Assembly: GCA_964580575.1 (NCBI GenBank)
Contig: CAZOLJ010000002.1
Coordinates: forward strand, 31,447 to 95,446
Length of the DNA: 64,000 bases
Reading direction: 5' to 3'
DNA from: an uncultured Desulfobacteraceae bacterium
Lineage (GTDB): Bacteria > Desulfobacterota > DSM-4660 > Desulfatiglandales > HGW-15
Shown here: positions 36,321-44,525 of the stretch, one piece after another
Layout: each line of letters opens with the position of its first letter
How positions within the stretch are numbered: the first letter of the stretch is position 1
Position numbers and translations under genes: made by a program
The notes under the pieces: model-generated
The model's database searches: none
The model's input: the letters and a program-made list of their open reading frames with translations, nothing else
Told to the model about the DNA's origin: nothing

Positions 36321-37533
36321 GGATCTCTCCTTTCCCAACCTCTTTCGCTGTGGAGGGAGGGAGGGTCCCTAAGGAAGCTCCCATGGCCTTGAGCGCCCCC
36401 TCAAAAAAGATCCTTCTCTCATGGGTCACCAGGGACCGCTGCACGATGTCATCCTCAAGATCCGGCCGGTCCAACCCTTTCTTGAAGAGGTTCTCGACGT
36501 AGTAGTACATATTGTTGGCATAGAGCCAACTGGCAGGAACGGCCATTTGCCCGGGGATATTGGCAATCCCGCAAATGGATACCCCCTTCTTCTCGGCAAA
36601 ACAGCCGAGTTTCGTCAACTCGCAATTGCCGCCCTGGTCAATGGACACGTCGACGATCACTGAACCCGGATTCATGGCCTCAACCATCTGTTGAGTGATC
36701 AAGACAGGAGCGATCTCACCGGGCACCAGAGCGCTCAGAATAAGGACGTCGGCCTCCTTCACGAGCGGGTCCAGTGCTTCTCGCTCCTTCTTCAGCCAGC
36801 TCTCCGGCAAGGCCTTGGCGTAGCCTCCGTCTCCCAGGGCGAGCTCGGGAGGCACCTCGAACCCTGCGACCTTGGCTCCGAGGCTGGCGGCCTCTTTTCT
36901 GGCTTCATCGCGGATATCCACGACCTTAACGACCGCGCCCAGCCTCTTGGCGGTGGCGGCTGCCTGTAGACCGACGACCCCGGCTCCAACAATCAAGAAG
37001 GCCGCAGGTTTCACCATACCGATGGCCGTGCCGATCATGGGGACGAACTTCGACAAATGGTTGGCCGCGATGAGGACCGATCGGTAGCCCGTCACCGTGC
37101 TCATGGAGGTCAGCGCATCCATCCGCTGCGCTCGGGAGATCCTCGGGATGCCGTCCATGGTGAAGGAGGTGATATTGCGTTCCTGCAGCATGAGGACCAG
37201 GGGGTGGTTTGCGGGAGCTGCGGGATGGAGAAAGGTGATCAAGAGGCTTCCTTCCCGAAGCATTTCAGCCTCATGCTTTTGGGTGGCTGCATTGAAGACC
37301 GGTTGCTTCACCTTGAGAATCACGTCAGAGGCAGCGAACAGCTCCTCCGCGCTTGGAACGACCGCTGCCCCCGCCTTTCGATAGTCATCGTCGCTGACAT
37401 AGATCCCTTCTCCAGCAGCGGCCTGGATCGTCACGGTAAAACCCATCTTCACATATTTCTTCACTGTTTCAGGTGTTGCCGCGACTCTCTTTTCCTCTAC
37501 CAGGATCTCTTTGGGAATGCCTATTCTCGACAT
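36313..37533 (-). CDS. pntA: NAD(P) transhydrogenase subunit alpha, part 1 (dI, NAD(H)-binding)
   Basis: MSRIGIPKE....E.RVAATPE.V.K......V.I...AG.... It has an alanine-dehydrogenase/PNT fold with GAGVVGLQAAATAKRLGA. Confidence 0.95.
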   Translation of the reverse strand: MSRIGIPKEILVEEKRVAATPETVKKYVKMGFTVTIQAAAGEGIYVSDDDYRKAGAAVVPSAEELFAASDVILKVKQPVFNAATQKHEAEMLREGSLLITFLHPAAPANHPLVLMLQERNITSFTMDGIPRISRAQRMDALTSMSTVTGYRSVLIAANHLSKFVPMIGTAIGMVKPAAFLIVGAGVVGLQAAATAKRLGAVVKVVDIRDEARKEAASLGAKVAGFEVPPELALGDGGYAKALPESWLKKEREALDPLVKEADVLILSALVPGEIAPVLITQQMVEAMNPGSVIVDVSIDQGGNCELTKLGCFAEKKGVSICGIANIPGQMAVPASWLYANNMYYYVENLFKKGLDRPDLEDDIVQRSLVTHERRIFFEGALKAMGASLGTLPPSTAKEVGKGEIHG

Positions 37534-37623
37534 GGGCGACCTCCTTGTTCAACCCTTCCGAAAAATTGACGGCGCACTTAGTGGACGAAGGTGCCATGGA
37601 CCCTTCTCGTTGCGATTCCTCGG

Positions 37624-38076
37624 TCATGCTTGGGCAGCAGAAGGGGTCTTGCGGTTCGCCAGTTTCTTGAAAAAGCGTTCGGTTCTTTCCCTGAGCAGCG
37701 GGGATTGAGTGTCCCCCATGAGGGATTCCATCTTCTCCAAGACTCTGGATCGGGCCGTGATCTCGTTTTTGGTGCGAATCCTCCTGTCCTTGATCATGAG
37801 ATCCGCCAGTACATCCACGGCCATCGTTCTTGCTTCGATGTACACCTCTTCGTTCAAGACAATGTTCAGCGCCTCCTTGAGCAACTCCTCTGTGGGCTGC
37901 TTGACCTTTCGGATAGCTCCGAGCGCAGCCTCTCTGAGGCGCCAATTGTGAGGATATCTCAGGATTCGAACAAGACCTGCTTGATGCTCGTCCAATGAAT
38001 CCGAATCTCTGAGCCGCTCAAGCTTCTCAAGAACATCCCCCCATTCCATGAGATTCCCAAAAATGTCCGACTGCAT
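37624..38076 (-). CDS. Hypothetical protein with HEAT-repeat-like helices
   Basis: ..NWRLREAALGAIRKV....EELL.EALNIVLNEEVYIEARTMAVDVLADL.. looks HEAT-like. The assignment is weak. Confidence 0.4.
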   Translation of the reverse strand: MQSDIFGNLMEWGDVLEKLERLRDSDSLDEHQAGLVRILRYPHNWRLREAALGAIRKVKQPTEELLKEALNIVLNEEVYIEARTMAVDVLADLMIKDRRIRTKNEITARSRVLEKMESLMGDTQSPLLRERTERFFKKLANRKTPSAAQA

Positions 38077-38155
38077 CTCATCCCTCCTTATCCCGATTTC
38101 TGTGGCTTCTTGAACCCTGCCGTCTTTCTTAATGTAGCCGCAAATGGCGGGCGGT

Positions 38156-38569
38156 CTACCGTCCCAAAAGGCATTCGCCGACCAAAGATTTTTCCTGTGT
38201 GCGCTGCACGCCGGGCTGTCTTATCCTCCCGCATATTTCCTTCGTGAGTTCCTGCAAGGTGTGTGTTTTGAAAATGTGAAAGTTGGCGGGAAGCCTGTTC
38301 TTTTTTTCCCCCAGTGCCGAGATCCAGCTTGCCCAAACGATGACCGTCGTATCGAGAAGGTATCTTCGGAAACTTAAACAGAGATCAATGCCCCTGCCCC
38401 CTCCGAAGAACTCGTCAATCACGAGAAGATCCGGACGATCTCTTTGGATGGTCTGGCTGAGCATCCAGGGATCGGAAATTGTTCGGATGGAATATCCTTC
38501 CTCGAAGAGCTCTTCGCTGAGGAGCATTGAAATGGCTTGGTCGTCGATTGCGATAAGGATGGTGTGCAT
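38156..38569 (-). CDS. Single-domain response-regulator receiver protein
   Basis: MHTILIAIDDQ.....L.E.L.EEGY......D.........RPDLLVIDEFF has the CheY-like acidic pocket and a putative phospho-Asp in LLVID. There is no output domain. Confidence 0.6.
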   Translation of the reverse strand: MHTILIAIDDQAISMLLSEELFEEGYSIRTISDPWMLSQTIQRDRPDLLVIDEFFGGGRGIDLCLSFRRYLLDTTVIVWASWISALGEKKNRLPANFHIFKTHTLQELTKEICGRIRQPGVQRTQEKSLVGECLLGR

Positions 38570-38705
38570 GGCTCTTCCGCATGGATTGGCCGGACGGCAA
38601 AATCCAATCGCCGGCGTGAAATGATGTTAGATAGAATTATCAGTCCGGAGGAGGAGAATGTAAACGGCAAGAAAATAACAGGCTAATCGCAGGTCAAAAC
38701 TGAGG

Positions 38706-39680
38706 TTACTTCATGGACAGAAGGAAGGATCTGAGGTTTGTTTTTTTCTCTTTCAACTTGAGTTTCTTTCTCAAGTTCATCCTGTGGAACTCCACGGCTC
38801 GCGGTGAGCTGTGGAGGAGATCGGCGATCTCCTTTGTGGTTCTTCCCTGACGAACCAGGTCAGCCACCCTGAGCTCCATGGGTGTGACGTTCAGGCACAG
38901 GTTGGTCAGTTTCTGTTGGAAACCTGACGCGAACTCTTTCAAGTGAGTTTCAAGGATGTCCGCGAGCTCCTTTTGGCCCTCATCCAATCCCCTGGTCTTC
39001 AGTTTCTTCAGGTAGGGGAGGATCCGATTTTTTATGTTTTTTGCAACACGATCCTCGAGTTCAGCGCGATCTTCCTCTCTTTTTCGGAGAAGGACCCGCA
39101 GAGCGGTGTTGATCTCCTGGAGTTCCTGATTCATCAAAGCAAGATCCTTTTCCCTTTCCCGCAGTTCTTCTTCCGCCTTCATCTTCTCGATCACACGACC
39201 TAGACGTTCAGCAACCTCATCGAGGAGGTTCCTCTCTTCCCGAAGAAAAGGCCCTTCATGGCTCTTAGGGGTATTCTCAAGATAGACGACATCCACTCTG
39301 CCGACGGCGTTCCCCCGGACTTTGATGGATTGCGATTGGATCCAAAGCGTCTCGCGGAACTCCCTTGATGTCACGATCAGAGTATCGAAGAGGATTCTGG
39401 CACAGGCGATGTCAGGATATTGCCATGCGGATGGGAGGGCATCGGCTGCACCCTGAAGAATCTCAGGGATTGAAATCCCGGGTTTTTCTATAAATCTGGA
39501 AATGCCGTAGAGACAGTCCAGTTCTTTGACGCGCTCTTGAAGCTCGCGGGTTTTTTCCTGGAGGATGATTTCCGTCCCGTGCATTTTCCCGGTGTTCCTT
39601 TTGAGTTGCTCAGTCCTATTCCGAGAATTCTTGTGGATCAGTTTAATCATATGCCGGTCGCTCCAGGATGGCGTAAACAC
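38706..39680 (-). CDS. LuxR/GerE-family transcriptional regulator with N-terminal sensor-like domain and coiled coil
   Basis: The C-terminal HTH is LTPMELRVADLVRQGRTTKEIADLLHSSPRAVEFHRMNLRKKL. The central segment is heptad-rich (EEELREREKDLALMNQELQEINTALRVLL). Confidence 0.75.
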   Translation of the reverse strand: MFTPSWSDRHMIKLIHKNSRNRTEQLKRNTGKMHGTEIILQEKTRELQERVKELDCLYGISRFIEKPGISIPEILQGAADALPSAWQYPDIACARILFDTLIVTSREFRETLWIQSQSIKVRGNAVGRVDVVYLENTPKSHEGPFLREERNLLDEVAERLGRVIEKMKAEEELREREKDLALMNQELQEINTALRVLLRKREEDRAELEDRVAKNIKNRILPYLKKLKTRGLDEGQKELADILETHLKEFASGFQQKLTNLCLNVTPMELRVADLVRQGRTTKEIADLLHSSPRAVEFHRMNLRKKLKLKEKKTNLRSFLLSMK

Positions 39681-40125
39681 CTTCCCCTTCTTCTATAGCA
39701 CGGGTCAATGACCCACTGCGTATTCTGGTCTCAAGGACTCTGATCATGGCTTGAAGACTTTGAGTTGCGAAGGGGCACCCCCTTCTATAAAGATTAGGGC
39801 TCGAATCGTTCTTTCCTTATTGTTTTGATCTGCATGGCGACCGTTAGGTTCTTTCGCGAGTTCATTCCGAAAAAAGGGTGATTCTCCACCTTCATGGCGT
39901 TTTTGGTTTCCGAATAGAATGCTCCTTTTGCCATGCCATGATGAGTAAAGCTCTCTTTCTTTTTCACGTTTAGCCCATTCAAAGACTTCACTTGTTTTGT
40001 ACCTCCAGTCAAAAAGAGCACCTCGCGACGGAAACACATGTTCGTGCATAAGCATGGAATGCATGTTTTGTAATAAAGTCAATCTCATTTTGAAAATATT
40101 TGGTTGGACCAATCTGAAGGCGTGC

Positions 40126-40155
40126 TTGACAGGGGAAGCGAGGACCTCCTATACT
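40126..40155 (+). promoter_or_regulatory. Candidate sigma-70 promoter of the lemA operon
   Basis: TTGACA (40126-40131), an 18-nt spacer, then TATACT (40150-40155). It lies about 55 nt upstream of the GTG at 40211. Confidence 0.45.
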
Positions 40156-40210
40156 TTTAGGTACTGAGTCATGTGCTGGGCGGCCTGAAACCCTTAAAGG
40201 AGGTGCAAAG

Positions 40211-40765
40211 GTGACCTTACTGATCATTCTGGCGATTGTGGTTGTTCTGGGCTTTTTTGTGGTCAGCGTTTACAACGGGCTGGTAAAGGCTCGGAACGAG
40301 GTGAAGAACGCGTGGAGCTCCATCGACGTTCAGCTCAAGCGGAGGCACGACCTGATTCCCAACCTGGTGGAAACGGTCAAGGGGTACGCAGCCCATGAGC
40401 GCGGGACTCTGGAGGCAGTGGTCAAGGCCCGGCAGCAGGCCGTTTCTTTTACAGGGAGCGTGGAGGAACGGGCCAAGGTAGAGAACATGCTCACCCAGTC
40501 CCTCCGGTCCCTCTTCGCCGTGGCCGAGGCCTACCCGGACCTCAAGGCGAATCAGAACTTCTTGAAACTGCAGGAGGAGGTCGCCGGGACCGAGAACAAA
40601 ATCGGTTTCGCCCGCCAGTACTACAACGATGCGACCATGCGGTACAAGAATCGCATCGAGATGTTTCCCAGCAACGTGATTGCAGGGATGTTCAATTTCC
40701 AGCCTGAGCCTTTCTTCCAGCTGGAAGAGCCCGGGGAAAGGGCCGTTCCTCAGGTCAAGTTCTGA
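40211..40765 (+). CDS. lemA: LemA-family membrane protein
   Basis: AAGGAGG lies 7 nt upstream of the GTG. An N-terminal TM is followed by YNGLVKARNEVKNAWSSIDVQLKRRHDLIPNLVETVKGYA.HER.TLEAV and AYPDLKAN.NF..LQ.EL...EN.I..AR..YN. Confidence 0.9.
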   Translation: MTLLIILAIVVVLGFFVVSVYNGLVKARNEVKNAWSSIDVQLKRRHDLIPNLVETVKGYAAHERGTLEAVVKARQQAVSFTGSVEERAKVENMLTQSLRSLFAVAEAYPDLKANQNFLKLQEEVAGTENKIGFARQYYNDATMRYKNRIEMFPSNVIAGMFNFQPEPFFQLEEPGERAVPQVKF

Positions 40766-40805
40766 TCAACCCCACCGTCTCTGTGGCAAATGGAGGTAGC
40801 ATCTT

Positions 40806-41075
40806 ATGATGGAGGTCATTCACAATATCGGCTGGGCCATTGTCTTCTCGGTGGTGGGCGGGCTAGTGGGCATGTTGCTCGTGCTCCTCGCCTCGGTCAT
40901 CGTGCCCAGGCTCATTGACCGCTTCACCCCGCACATCGACGAACAAAAGGAAATCATTCGCGGAAACAGCGCTGTGGCCGAGTACTACGGCAGACTGGTG
41001 AGCGCTGCCATCCTCGGGGTGAGCATTGTGGTGGCTGCAGCGGTACTGGGAGGCGTCATCGCCGCCTTGCATTGA
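40806..41075 (+). CDS. DUF350-family small membrane protein
   Basis: The 89-aa protein has predicted TM helices and matches the pattern ..TP.IDEQ.EI..GN.AVA....G....AILG. Confidence 0.7.
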   Translation: MMEVIHNIGWAIVFSVVGGLVGMLLVLLASVIVPRLIDRFTPHIDEQKEIIRGNSAVAEYYGRLVSAAILGVSIVVAAAVLGGVIAALH

Positions 41076-41114
41076 CGGGCTGCTGAATGGAGGTGTTGAC
41101 GGGATCCTTGAAAT

Positions 41115-41210
41115 CCCCCCTCCCCTTGCCCCTCCCGCCAAGGGAGGGGAATGGCTTAGAACGCCAAGGATGCCCTCCCCCTTGATGGGGGAGGTCAGGT
41201 GGGGGTGATA
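41115..41210. repeat. GC-rich C-tract/G-tract hairpin repeat (copy D, inverted relative to copy A)
   Basis: It contains cccctccc-gccaa-gggagggg (41129-41149) and cctccccc-ttgat-gggggagg (41174-41194). The stretch 41178-41197 is the exact reverse complement of 5805-5824. Confidence 0.7.
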
Positions 41211-41290
41211 GGGCAGGGTTTGCTGAGGATCTGTTTTAGTTAGGATGTTTCGGAGCTGATGAAGAACTCCGGTGCGCCACCAAGGGTCCG

Positions 41291-43132
41291 ATGATGAAGA
41301 AACTTGTCCTGCTCTTTTCAGTGATCGCCATCCTATTGCTCCCTACCCTTTCCTGGGCCAGGGCCGGGGGAGGGTGCTTTCTTCCTGAAAGTCAGATCCT
41401 CAAGGCTGACGGGACAGAGATGCCCATCAGCTCAGTGCAGCGCGGAGACAAGGTGCTGGCCTTCACCTCGGAAGGAAAAACCGTCCAGGCCGAAGTTCGG
41501 AGTCTTGTCCGCACCGAAGCGGACCAATACGTGATCCTTGAAACCGATCGTGCGACCTTGCGGGTCACGGAAGATCATCCCTTCTATGTCGGCGCGGGCA
41601 CCTTCAAGACCCTCGATGTTCTCAAGCCAGGCGACACGGTCATGGCATGGGACGGCCGGTCCCTGACAGAGCAAAAGATCGTTTCCCTCCAGAAGGTGCA
41701 GGAACGGGTCCAGGTCTTTAATCTTCAGACGGATCGTCCTAACACCTTTTTTGCCGGTCATATCGCCGTACACAACAAAGGAGGGGGAGGAGGGGGCGGT
41801 GGAAGGGGTGGGGGCAGCTCCAGGAGTTCCAGTTCAAGCAGGAGCAGCAGCAGGAGCGGGTCAGGCTCTGGCGGAAATGATCCCGGAGCGGTCTTTGTCA
41901 TTTTTTTCCTGCTCATTTTCATCGTTGTCATTGTGCATGTCCTGCGTTCGCAGAAGGGCAGGAAAAGCGAGAACCTCGATTTTGTGTACGACCGCCGGGA
42001 GATCAGCCTCAAGGCTGAGAAGACTGAAAAGCTGCTCGCCTTCATCAGTCAGCAGGATCAGGCGCTTTCGCCGGAAGCCCTGAGGACTCTAGCACAGTCC
42101 ACGTTCCTCAAACTTCAGGAATGCTGGCAGGCCAGGGATTACACTCCTGTCAAGGCGCTTCTGATGCCGGCTCTTTTTGCTCAGCAGCAGGGCCAGGTGC
42201 TAGGCATGGTCCGGAACCACGAGATCAACCGTCTGGAAGAGTTGAAGGTAGAGAAGGTGGATCTGGTGCATGTCCGCTACACAGAGAAAAAAGATCAACG
42301 CGAGTTCACGGCTCTGATCACCGCTTCCGCCAGGGACACCTACGTGGATGACCGGACAGGCGAGTTTCTGCGCGGCGATGACAAACCGGCGCGTTTTCAG
42401 GAATTCTGGACATTCCAGGTCATCGACGGCCAGTGGCTCCTGAGGGAGATCGAACAGGCTGGGGAGTCGGATATCCTCAAGGATGAGAACTTTGCGGAGA
42501 TGCTGACGGACGAGACCGTTCAGGGAATATACCAGGAAGCGGCCAAAGAAGGAGTGGCCGGGCCATGGCTTGCGAAGGGGGAGGAAAAGAAAGCGACCCG
42601 CATCGAGCGGCTCCTCAACTTCCTGGTGCAGACGGACAAGGTCTGGAACCGGCAACAGATGATCGACCGGGCCAGGCAGGTGTTCCTGAGTGTTTACCTC
42701 GCCAGGGAATCAGGAGATTCTGCTCAGGTGCCGGAGCCGGAGCTCTTCCCCGAGGTGGCACAGAACCTGCGCCAGCAGATCCGGCAGTGGCAATCCGACG
42801 GACTCAAGGTGGAGTACCGAAACCTCTGTGTGCGGAAAGCCGAACTCATCCTGGTACGCAACTTCACGGATTCATCCAAAGACGAATTCACGGTGAGGAT
42901 CGATGCCCATGCGCAGAAGATGGTGCGCCGCGGGGATCGGGTGTTCAGCGAGCAAAAGTATGTGACTCCCTTTGAGGAGTACTGGATCTTCGGTCGCCTG
43001 GATGACCGGTGGAAGCTGAAGGAGGTGCTGCCGCCCGGCCGGGGAAAGAAGATGGTCGCCGAAGAGAACGTGGACGAAGAGAGCAGCGCCGGTCAAATCG
43101 AGTGGTATTACCGCCAGTCCCGTGCGACCTAG
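41291..43132 (+). CDS. Membrane protein: signal peptide, Hint/BIL autoprocessing domain, Gly/Ser-rich linker, TM helix, then two Tim44-like domains
   Basis: The signal peptide is MMKKLVLLFSVIAILLLPTLSWA. The Hint domain spans residues 29-162 (CFLPESQIL...TEDHPF...VFNLQTDRPNTFFAGHIAVHN). It is followed by the linker KGGGGGGGGRGGGSSRSSSSSRSSSRSGSGSGG and the TM AVFVIFFLLIFIVVIVHVL. Two repeats of a Tim44-like module follow (..FLKLQECWQARDY..., ..FQEFWTF...DGQWLLREIEQ and ..FEEYWIFGRLDDRWKLKEV). Confidence 0.8.
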   Translation: MMKKLVLLFSVIAILLLPTLSWARAGGGCFLPESQILKADGTEMPISSVQRGDKVLAFTSEGKTVQAEVRSLVRTEADQYVILETDRATLRVTEDHPFYVGAGTFKTLDVLKPGDTVMAWDGRSLTEQKIVSLQKVQERVQVFNLQTDRPNTFFAGHIAVHNKGGGGGGGGRGGGSSRSSSSSRSSSRSGSGSGGNDPGAVFVIFFLLIFIVVIVHVLRSQKGRKSENLDFVYDRREISLKAEKTEKLLAFISQQDQALSPEALRTLAQSTFLKLQECWQARDYTPVKALLMPALFAQQQGQVLGMVRNHEINRLEELKVEKVDLVHVRYTEKKDQREFTALITASARDTYVDDRTGEFLRGDDKPARFQEFWTFQVIDGQWLLREIEQAGESDILKDENFAEMLTDETVQGIYQEAAKEGVAGPWLAKGEEKKATRIERLLNFLVQTDKVWNRQQMIDRARQVFLSVYLARESGDSAQVPEPELFPEVAQNLRQQIRQWQSDGLKVEYRNLCVRKAELILVRNFTDSSKDEFTVRIDAHAQKMVRRGDRVFSEQKYVTPFEEYWIFGRLDDRWKLKEVLPPGRGKKMVAEENVDEESSAGQIEWYYRQSRAT

Positions 43133-43279
43133 CAGGCTGCTGAAAAACGCCCATCTGCGGCGTTACCCTCATTCCTCATCGTTGCGGCGTACTTGTAGGT
43201 ACGCCTCACTCTTCGGCCCGCCGGAGGCGGATAAAAATTGTCGGGTGCCTTGCATCTGTCCGTTTTTGAGCAGCCTGCT
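43131..43279. repeat. About 150-bp structured element bounded by 19-bp inverted repeats (dispersed-repeat type)
   Basis: agcaggctgctgaaaaacg (43131-43149) pairs with cgtttttgagcagcctgct (43261-43279) at 18 of 19 positions. Internal hairpins are ggcgtac-ttgtag-gtacgcc and ccgcc-gga-ggcgg. The left arm overlaps the TAG stop of the Hint/Tim44 gene. Confidence 0.55.
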
Positions 43280-43435
43280 GGAATGGAAAAAACCTAGCCA
43301 TGAACGTCTGCAAGGAACTGATCACGCACGAGGTGTTCCCTGCCCTCGGCTTTCCAGACGCCCCAAGAAGGCTTCTCAAGCTGCCTTTTCAGCAGAGGTT
43401 GGGTTCATCCTTTAGGTCTAAACCTAAAACGGCCG

Positions 43436-43477
43436 TTGACAGCCCCCCTGACGCGTATATACTTTTCTGTGTATACA
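43436..43477 (+). promoter_or_regulatory. Candidate vapB promoter with adjacent palindromic operator
   Basis: TTGACA (43436-43441), a 16-nt spacer, then TATACT (43458-43463). The palindrome TGTATACA lies at 43470-43477. Confidence 0.4.
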
Positions 43478-43538
43478 AACACCGGAGGTCCCCGAAGGGC
43501 TCTAGAAGGGCGTTTTTGCCCGAAGAAAGGAGGCTTTT

Positions 43539-43769
43539 ATGGCGACTGCCCGAGTTTTTAAGTCGGGAAACAGTCAAGCCGTCAGGTTACCGAAGGAATT
43601 CTCTGTGAGGAGCAAGAGGATTGAGATCTTTCGCCGTGGCGACGAGATTGTGCTTCGAGAGCCGGCAAAAGGATTGTCGCGGGCCTTTGAGCTGTTGACC
43701 GAACTACCTGATGATTTTTTTGCTGATGGCCGCAAGGATGGACCTCCACAACATCGGGAGGAATGGTGA
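43539..43769 (+). CDS. vapB: AbrB/MazE/SpoVT-fold antitoxin VapB
   Basis: MATARVFKSGNSQAVRLPKEF is the classic AbrB-type antitoxin N-terminus. It overlaps the downstream PIN ORF by 7 nt. Confidence 0.85.
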   Translation: MATARVFKSGNSQAVRLPKEFSVRSKRIEIFRRGDEIVLREPAKGLSRAFELLTELPDDFFADGRKDGPPQHREEW

Positions 43770-44041
43770 TGCCCATCCGTTACTTGCTTGACACCAACCT
43801 CTGCATTTATATCCAGCGGCAGAGGCCGGGGGAGGTGCTGGCGCGGTTTCAGAAGCTCAAGCCAGGGGATTGTGCCGCGATTTCGGTTATCACCTGGGGG
43901 GAGAGTTGCTTTATGGCGCCGAAAAAAGCCAGCAGCGAAAAAAGGCGCTGGAGGTGATCGAGGAGTTCAAGGGCCTTGTTCCAGTTTTGCCGATGCCGGC
44001 GAATGCCGGGATAGCCTATGGAACCTTGCGAGCGAGGTTCT
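43763..44041 (+). pseudogene. vapC: VapC (PIN) toxin gene, frameshifted and 3'-truncated
   Basis: YLLDTNLCIYIQRQRPGEVLARFQKL.PGD.AISVITWGE then goes out of frame at the G6 run near 43894-43899. The +1 frame continues LLYGAEKSQQRKKALEVIEEFKGLVPVLPMPANAGIAYGTLRARF-stop. The C-terminal third of a normal VapC is missing, and the locus abuts and overlaps the convergent NUDIX gene. Confidence 0.7.
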
Positions 44042-44429
44042 GAATGAATGGAAGCAGTTGAACATCAGGGGGAGGGAGCTGATAGTCGGCCAGTTCATCA
44101 GGCTTCACCCATCGGAGCTCATCACAACCCAAGGGAGTCGGCGCCCCTTTCAGCCAGTGACACTGAAACAGGTGAAGGGTGATGGACTTGGTCTCATAGT
44201 CGTGATCGATTTGAATCAGGTGCTCTACCGCCTTCACCTCCATGGCCAGTTCTTCCCGGAATTCGCGTTCAAGACAGGCTTCCAGGCTCTCTCCGGGTTC
44301 CTGCTTGCCTCCCGGGAACTCCCAGTACCCGGCAAGGTGGCTGCCCGCAGGCCGCCTTGCGATCAGGATATTTCCGTCCTTCCAGACCAAACCCGCAGTC
44401 ACATGAAAATGGGGTATAGATCCTCGCAT
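44016..44429 (-). CDS. mutT: NUDIX hydrolase, MutT-like (8-oxo-dGTP diphosphatase family)
   Basis: The Nudix box is WEFPGGKQEPGESLEACLEREFREELAMEV. The start is chosen at MRGSIPHFHVTAGLVW. Confidence 0.8.
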   Translation of the reverse strand: MRGSIPHFHVTAGLVWKDGNILIARRPAGSHLAGYWEFPGGKQEPGESLEACLEREFREELAMEVKAVEHLIQIDHDYETKSITLHLFQCHWLKGAPTPLGCDELRWVKPDELADYQLPPPDVQLLPFIQNLARKVP

Positions 44430-44525
44430 CGTGGTCCTAGTCGATCGGTGTGTCGCGCAGCCTATCAAGGCGGAAACAGCTGGTGCAAGGTACAAGGTGC
44501 ACGGTGCACGGACAGAGGATAATCA

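Noticed and set aside
39744-40112. 122-aa minus-strand ORF in the luxR-lemA intergenic region
   Set aside because: It lies in AT-rich DNA and overlaps the region holding the candidate lemA promoter. It has no RBS or family signature and is probably spurious.
41375-41776. A classical protein-splicing intein
   Set aside because: The +1 residue is Lys rather than Cys/Ser/Thr. The upstream 'extein' is only a signal peptide plus five residues, and there is no host-protein active-site context. A BIL/Hint-type autoprocessing domain fits better.
41777-41880. G-rich repetitive DNA as a tandem-repeat or G-quadruplex element or a copy of the GC-hairpin repeat
   Set aside because: It is in frame and encodes the Gly8/Ser-Arg linker of the protein. 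There is no complementary C-rich arm, so it is coding low-complexity sequence rather than a repeat-family copy.
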